From contig OZ024752.1 of assembly GCA_964016885.1 (NCBI GenBank), positions 11,470,001 to 11,534,000 on the forward strand: a stretch of 64,000 nucleotides of DNA. Direction: 5' to 3'. The translations under genes and the position numbers were made by a program. The notes beneath the pieces are model-generated. The model made no database searches. It had not been told where the DNA came from and worked only from the letters and a program-made list of their open reading frames with translations. Shown here piece after piece: positions 57,236 through 64,000 of the stretch. Position 1 is the stretch's first letter; each line of letters starts with the position of its first letter. The stretch comes from Eledone cirrhosa. Its lineage: Eukaryota.

Positions 57236-57447
57236 GAAAAGATATTCAGGAATCCGACGGCTGAGTTCCGGCCGTTTCGATAGCTAAATCCGAACTTAAG
57301 TTTAGTTCGAAACTTGCTGTCGAAACGGCCAGAGCTCAGCCGGCGGGTTCCTAAATCTGTTCATATTACCCGCTCTACTACACCAAGTATTGAGTTCTCT
57401 GATACATTATGGTCCACCTGGTATCTTACCACACCCACTTTGTTTTA
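57236..57447 (+). mobile_element. Family B divergent variant
   Basis: cgacggctgagttccggccgtttcga / tcgaaacggccagagctcagccg arms + tail. Confidence 0.8.
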
Positions 57448-57453
57448 TATATG

Positions 57454-57548
<95 letters not shown>

Positions 57549-58879
57549 GCACACATACGCATCGGCTTGGATACATTTTGTCTCGGCAATATTTATTATA
57601 TATTTATAATATATATATATATATAAAATATGGACATATATATGTATACATACATATATATATACACACACACACACTCACACAAATATACACACACAAA
57701 CACACACATATAATGAGAGTGAGAGAAGGAAAGTGAGAAGCTATAGAGATTGAAAATATGATTTGAATGGCATTCCTAATGTTTGTGTGACATATTTTAT
57801 ACTAAGTAATTAAAGCGGTCTTTACATCACACAATTTCGGCCGCAGCAAAACCATTTGACAGATCCTACCTGATAAGCCCTTATCTTACTCACATATTTT
57901 ATTTTACTGACTTCCTTCATATGAAGTTTTAATCCCCTGTAGTTATCAACAAAAACCTACTTCCCTACTCGATGTCTCCGTTTCACAATCAATTCTGAGA
58001 AGTGTCTGCTTGAAGTTATTTTGCCGTCCACTAACCTCTTTATGTTATGGTAGAGTTTTATTTTATCACCATTTACCATCATCTATTATAATATTGTCTT
58101 ATTCTTAATGTTATTTCTAAACTAATCTAACAATATATAGGAGCAAACAATCTATGATACTTGCAAGATATAATCTATGTTTCACATTTATGAATTTTCA
58201 ATATAATAAAATAAAGTGTTTTCTTTTCGTTCTGTTATTGTTCCTTTCGTATGAGTGGCTACATAAAGAGGAATTGTGATGTTATCAGTTGCTGGATGAA
58301 GGCTGTCATATTTTGCCATAATACTTTTAGTTGACCTGTATAAAAATAGTTATTTAATCTAATTTTTGTTGAAAGTATTGCAGGACTGCTAACAATTAAC
58401 TATTCAATGAATCAATAGCTTTGCGAGTATTGCTTTTATCACAGGTGTTAATGCTATATATTAACGATTATTGACAGTTTCACTTCTCACTTATGTCCAT
58501 TCTCTAAACACATTGTTTATAGCTAATGTCACCACCTACATTACCAACATAAATATAATAATAAAACAAAATAAATAAAAGATATCCCCCTTTCATATAA
58601 ATGTGTTACAACTCAACAGTTGGTAACATTTGTTGAGAGTTTACCACGTCGTTCATCGTTCACTACATTTACACCATTGCAAACAAACAGACCAGATTAT
58701 TTCGGTCAGATTTCTGGTTCAATCCTGATCATACTTTTCCTCAATGCATTAATCTGCAAATGTGCAGGTTTGGTAGAGACTGTATGAAAGTCATTGGTTG
58801 GTAAGGCTTCCAAATACCATGGTCACACTGTCTATCCGCCAGACTAACGTTTAGAACACACATTCATATATGTATAAAT

Positions 58880-58939
<60 letters not shown>

Positions 58940-58942
<3 letters not shown>

Positions 58943-59116
58943 ATAATAATAAAATTGAAGACTAAAATCCAAAGAGGGCTCGATGAGGAAAATATATATC
59001 AAATATATAAGAACCGTAGAGCAAATATTTATTAAAATAACAGATTAAAGTTTAAGCAAGATCCCGTTAAGGGTGAAAGCAGCGATTCTTTGCTTAAACT
59101 TTAATCTGTTATTTTA

Positions 59117-59122
<6 letters not shown>
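58940..59122 (-). mobile_element. Family H element (tail + inverted arm)
   Basis: Matches 45931-46050; inverted aagatcccgttaagggtgaaagcagcg arm. Confidence 0.8.
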
Positions 59123-59173
<51 letters not shown>

Positions 59174-59309
59174 GCGTGTAAATTTACCGAAATTCATGGA
59201 CGAGTTCTCTCCAGCGGTCTCTGTCCCTCATTATCCTGTGGGAGCCCCTGCATGGACTCACTGAAAGAGGAAGACCGAGGTTAACATATGTTGATATATA
59301 TATATATCA

Positions 59310-59360
<51 letters not shown>

Positions 59361-59363
<3 letters not shown>

Positions 59364-59648
59364 AAGGGCTGTCGGGATGTTCGAAAAGTTAGAAGGGAGC
59401 GGACACATTTTTTTAGTCCGCTCCCTTCCACCCAAAATTCCTCAGAAATGTTACCTTTTAATTAATCTTTGCTGTCTGGAGAAATCACGATATCGATTGT
59501 CATTGAAATATGTATAACGGCTCAATTAATAAAGGACCCTAACATCTTCACCTTCGCATTTTCCTATTTATAAATATACTCCATCACCGTTGTTTTTAGG
59601 AAGTAATATGACGTTGAGGGCTAGAAGTGAATAGCATCCTTGTGTACC

Positions 59649-59651
<3 letters not shown>
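59361..59651 (+). mobile_element. Family G element with hammerhead-like fold at 59471-59521 (core CTGGAGA)
   Basis: gctgt-CTGGAGA-aat c acgat atcg attgt c att-GAAA-tatgta-TA-acggc. Confidence 0.62.
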
Positions 59652-59734
<83 letters not shown>

Positions 59735-59910
59735 AAGAACTGTTTCATTCAGGAGAAATATATCAGGAAGCCCTGCTGCATGATGATTTCTCCCGAATGA
59801 AACAGTTCCGGCCCTGTAGAAGCCTTTTCTATATTAAATATTTATACTCTGCTTTGGATTGAGTACCTTACTTGCTGTGGTTACCCCCCAATTGAACCCG
59901 GGATAAACTT
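59735..59910 (+). mobile_element. Family A divergent variant (inverted arm + hammerhead 3' part + tail)
   Basis: tgatga-tttc tccc gaat-GAAA-cag ttccggcc ctg-TA-gaagc; helix I covaries (gcttc/gaagc). Confidence 0.78.
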
Positions 59911-60013
59911 ATATATATATATATATATATGTTATATGTGTGTGTGTGTGTGTGTGTATCTGTGTAGCTGTGTGTATGTGTATGTATACATATAAATATA
60001 TATAGTATATATG

Positions 60014-60069
<56 letters not shown>

Positions 60070-60070
<1 letters not shown>

Positions 60071-60372
60071 GTAGGAGGTGAGTTTTATTGTAGTACAATA
60101 AAGCAATGCAGATATCGGATAAAAAGCACTCTACAGTTTGTAGGACTGGAGTATACATAATATATAAGAACAAAAGATGGTTAAAAGAGTTCCATGTATT
60201 TTATTATGCGCATTTCAAAATATGTTGATTTAAAACTGAACTATCCACAAGTGTTTTTTAACCTTCATATCATGTCTTCCTGTTTTATCTGATGAAAACA
60301 CAAATATTATTGCATGATGATATTTATGCGCATAATAAAATACATGGAACTCTTTTAACCATCTTTTGTTCT

Positions 60373-60373
<1 letters not shown>
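60070..60373 (-). mobile_element. Family C element
   Basis: Tail + inverted arms as in 16175-16466; the ctgatga arm has lost GAAA. Confidence 0.82.
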
Positions 60374-60437
<64 letters not shown>

Positions 60438-60452
60438 TATATATATATATAT

Positions 60453-60485
<33 letters not shown>

Positions 60486-60724
60486 CCCTTCATTCAGCTC
60501 CCCGTTCTTTGTTATATTGTTACAGTACCCCTATTATTATCACCGAAGTAAGGCGGTTGATTTTCTAGTTTGTATTGATAGCCGTTAAGCAGGATGAACC
60601 AGTTAATTAATCCATACTGTATACATTTGAGTATTGAGTGGAAAAGCGCTAGTGTTGTGCACTGGGGATCTATTTCTGTATGTGTTCCTATTGTCTATTG
60701 ATAACCTTCAGGTCCTTCTGAAAA

Positions 60725-61120
60725 CCTGTACTCATGTGGATCATAGTTTTTTCCTGTCTTATCTTTTCCTTTACTGGTATCCCACTCAATAGTGTTTCAG
60801 CATTTCTATGATCTGATTGTCGCAGGACATGACCAATTAGTTATATTCTCAGTTCTGTCATCATGTCATGGTATCTTGGTAGCGTGCTCTTAAGTATGCT
60901 TTAATTCTGATATAAACATGAGGATATTCCACAGATATCTTTGAGAGTTTTCGTAGTTTTCTTCTATACTTCACTTGTACGGTGGTTCTTCTGCCGCAGA
61001 AACTCTCAGAATGATATTACAGCTGGCGAACATTGAATGAACTTGTAGTAGTAGACTTCAACCCTTATCTACTATACCTCCACCTTCAGGCGCTTACGTT
61101 GTTTAGTTGTTTCTTTACCA
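60725..61120 (-). pseudogene. Decayed RTE-type LINE C-terminal fragment
   Basis: Minus: LIGHVLRQSDHRNAET fits RTE W.GHV.R. Confidence 0.5.
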
Positions 61121-61178
61121 ATACCATACGAGAGCCAGGTTTCTGAAAACTTTTATAGGTAGTGCGCCTTTTTTTAAT

Positions 61179-61365
61179 AATTGTTTCTACTTTTGGCACA
61201 AGGCCAGCAAATACCCAGTACATTACTGGTACTTTATTTTATCGACCTCGTAAGGATGAAAAGCAAAGTTAACCTCGACGGGATTTGAACTCAGACCGTA
61301 AAGGGACGTAACTATGCTAGAAAGCATGGCGTCCAACCCTCTACCGATACTGCCAATGCACCGCC
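61179..61365 (-). mobile_element. SINE family 1, full length
   Basis: Consensus match. Confidence 0.9.
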
Positions 61366-61739
61366 TTTTATTAATAATGCAGTAAAAATACTGCGCAAGT
61401 ATTTCACAATATGGTTTAGGAATTCCTGACCAGTTGTGGTTTCCTATTTTCTCAAACAATGACCATATTATTCTGTCACGGCAGCTCAATAAGTTGCATG
61501 CAATCTTAGATTATTAGAATTATTTGTTGCATGCAAATATTCCCACTACAACTTTCCAAGAAAGAAATCTACTTAGTTCATAGCATCTTTGAATAACTCA
61601 GCATACACGAGAAGTTCTGCAGAGAAAGAAACGAAAAAAAAAGATGATTGTATATCCTGCTGTTATCGTTTATTTAATCGTAAATCGCATTTCCTGAGAA
61701 TCAACATTGGGTCGACTAATAGATATTCTACCCATGATA

Positions 61740-62158
61740 TTATAACAATTCAACCAATCTTGCTATATGGAAGTGGAACACGGACGCTTTCATCCAAACA
61801 ACAAAAGCACCGTGTTGGTACCTACACTCGCCTGCTTCAACGCATTCAGAACATAAGCTGGCGACATCTGCCTTTTAGAGAGATATATGCCGGCTTCCCA
61901 CACATATCTGTTGTTGTACGTAAAAGGAAAGTAAAATTTGCTGGTCACTGCCATCGTGCCACCTATGAGGCTGTGTCCCCATTAGTGCTTTGGAAACCAC
62001 AAGCAGTCACTAATAACAGGGGCGCAAGCACTCCTATCCCGATGTCATCTACAGAGATTCTGGTATTGAAATCCAGGACTTGGCAACGGTAATGAACGAC
62101 AGACTCACGTGGAGATCAATTGTTGATTCCATTTTAGCTGAGGCCACCGGATGATGAT
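61740..62158 (+). mobile_element. RTE-clade LINE 3' fragment; last ~75 bp duplicated at 62322-62396
   Basis: IQPILLYGS.T.TL..GTYTRLLQRIQNISW..KFAGHCHR..LVLWKP..MNDRLTWRSIV; (TGA)n tail. Confidence 0.85.
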
Positions 62159-62859
62159 TCATCGTAATATCATTTAACCTATAACTTTACAAAATACTCC
62201 AGCAATGCTGGTATAATAACTGCCTCCCCCTCTCTCGCTCTCTCAATCTCTCACTATGATGAGCAAATGGGGGCCTACGCGCTGGCCACACCACGACCCC
62301 GGTGGACAGAATAGAGAAGGCAACGGCAATGAGCGACAGACTCACGTGGAGATCAATTGTTGAGTCGTCGATTTCGGCTGAGGCCGCCGGATGATAAGTG
62401 AACCAAACTCCCTAACCTTAAAATCGGGCACCCTTCTGTTTCCATAATGCTATTGCACAATTCTACTCCTTTATTCGTCATTGAGTTAAAATAATTTCGT
62501 TATATATTCCAGCTGTATTTCCTTAGTTTTATATCTAATTTGTATACTAAAGTAATTTTATAAAATTATCTTTCCTTAAGAAAACAAGAGAGCATAATAT
62601 AATAATTGATTTCATTAACTCTTTATTGAAGCCGTTTAATATTATATTGTTTAAAACGTGAACAAAATGTTAGAATATGCTCGTGTCAGTATATATATAG
62701 AGAGCGTGTAAAAATTTCCCAGTTTTACTCCAGTGGCGCTGCTACTTAACATATGGTACACTTTTGTTCTAAAACTCTTCAACAAAAACCTCGATTAGTA
62801 ATATGATTATAAATATAGATATGAGTATGGCAACTTATGGCGTTTTTGTATTTTCTAAT

Positions 62860-63224
62860 AATTGTTTTTACTTTTGGCACAAGGCCAGCAATTACCAGTA
62901 TATTATTGGTACTTTATATTATCGACCCCATAAGGATGAAAGGCAAAGTTAACCTCGACGGGATTTGAACTCAGACCGTAAAGGGACGTAACTATGCTAG
63001 AAAGCATGGCGTCCAAACCCTCTATCGGTAGTGCCAATTCACCGCCCTTGTATTTGCTAATAATTGTTTCTACTTTTGGCACAAGGCCAGCAATTACCAG
63101 TATATTACTGGTACTTTATTTTATCGACCCCGTAAGGATGAAAGTCAAAGTTAACCTCGGCGGGATTTGAACTCAGACTGTAAAGGGACGTAACTTTATG
63201 GTGGAAAACATGGCGTCCAACCCT
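62860..63224 (-). mobile_element. Two tandem SINE family 1 copies (62860-63047, 63062-63224)
   Basis: Consensus matches. Confidence 0.9.
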
Positions 63225-63253
63225 ATAATGTATTTAAATAATCGCTTCTATAT

Positions 63254-63295
<42 letters not shown>

Positions 63296-63409
63296 TAATA
63301 AGCGTTTATATGAATATACAGACACACAGACACACATAATTCAATTCCCACACACGCACACAAATCAATTCAATTATATAATAATTACAAGTCCATAATC
63401 AATTCTTTA

Positions 63410-63448
<39 letters not shown>

Positions 63449-63496
63449 GTGTGTGTGTGTGTGTATGTATGTGTGTGTGTGTTTGCGTGTGTGTGT

Positions 63497-63684
63497 ACAA
63501 AGAAGGCGTGGTACCATACCAGGTGGGACATAACGCACCAGAGTAGTCGATACTTAGGGAAGTAGAGTGGGTAATAGGAAAAAGAGTCAGGACCCCGACG
63601 GCTGAGCTCCGTCCGTTTCGACAGCTAGATCGGATCTAGATGTCGAAACGGCCGGAACTCAGCCGTCGGGGTCCTGAAGCTTTT

Positions 63685-63687
<3 letters not shown>
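63497..63687 (-). mobile_element. Family B element (tail on the left)
   Basis: caggaccccgacggctgag / ctcagccgtcggggtcctg arms. Confidence 0.8.
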
Positions 63688-63726
<39 letters not shown>

Positions 63727-63827
63727 AACTAATAATAGACTTATTATTAAAGTATTGAATTGACTTACGTACGTTTCACTATATATATAACTCCCTCTCG
63801 GAGTTCCTGTTCTCTCCCTATCCGAAA

Positions 63828-63864
63828 GTTCCTGATGAAGGACTTATGTCCGAAACGTCGGAAC
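63828..63864 (+). ncRNA. Minimal Penelope-type hammerhead within a short element (63723-63943)
   Basis: gttc-CTGATGA-a ggac ttat gtcc-GAAA-CG-TC-ggaac; ACGT palindrome in place of helix III. Confidence 0.8.
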
Positions 63865-63939
63865 CTCCTCCACCTCCTTTAAGGGTAAACCTAATACAAC
63901 TGTGTACAATTGCCGCCTGTGTTTTCTTCGTTCATGTTC

Positions 63940-64000
<61 letters not shown>

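Overview
Very AT-rich eukaryotic non-coding DNA, most likely intronic or intergenic. The repeat content resembles an octopus/cephalopod genome (inference). There is no intact protein-coding gene. Nearly all long ORFs in the track are (TA)n/(CA)n/(GA)n/(TTC)n artefacts or decayed retroelement pieces, and there is one well-formed candidate host micro-exon (2100-2175). The window holds huge microsatellites, about 20 tRNA-derived SINE copies of two families, R4/Dong-type (RLE) and RTE LINE remnants, three non-autonomous Helitrons, two copies of a hAT-type MITE, and a 5'-truncated GIY-YIG Penelope-like element (Naiad-like). The main hidden signal is a dense set of more than 10 families of short non-coding Penelope-type elements sitting inside (TA)n tracts. 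Together they carry about 20 type I hammerhead ribozyme folds that can be read by eye (CUGANGA...GAAA...UH, with covarying stems and palindromic helix III). Many insertions have an inverted arm plus a 3' tail, and several otherwise unrelated families share an RCTC..GAGYRC tail hairpin. All calls come from manual reading; no searches or folding were run.
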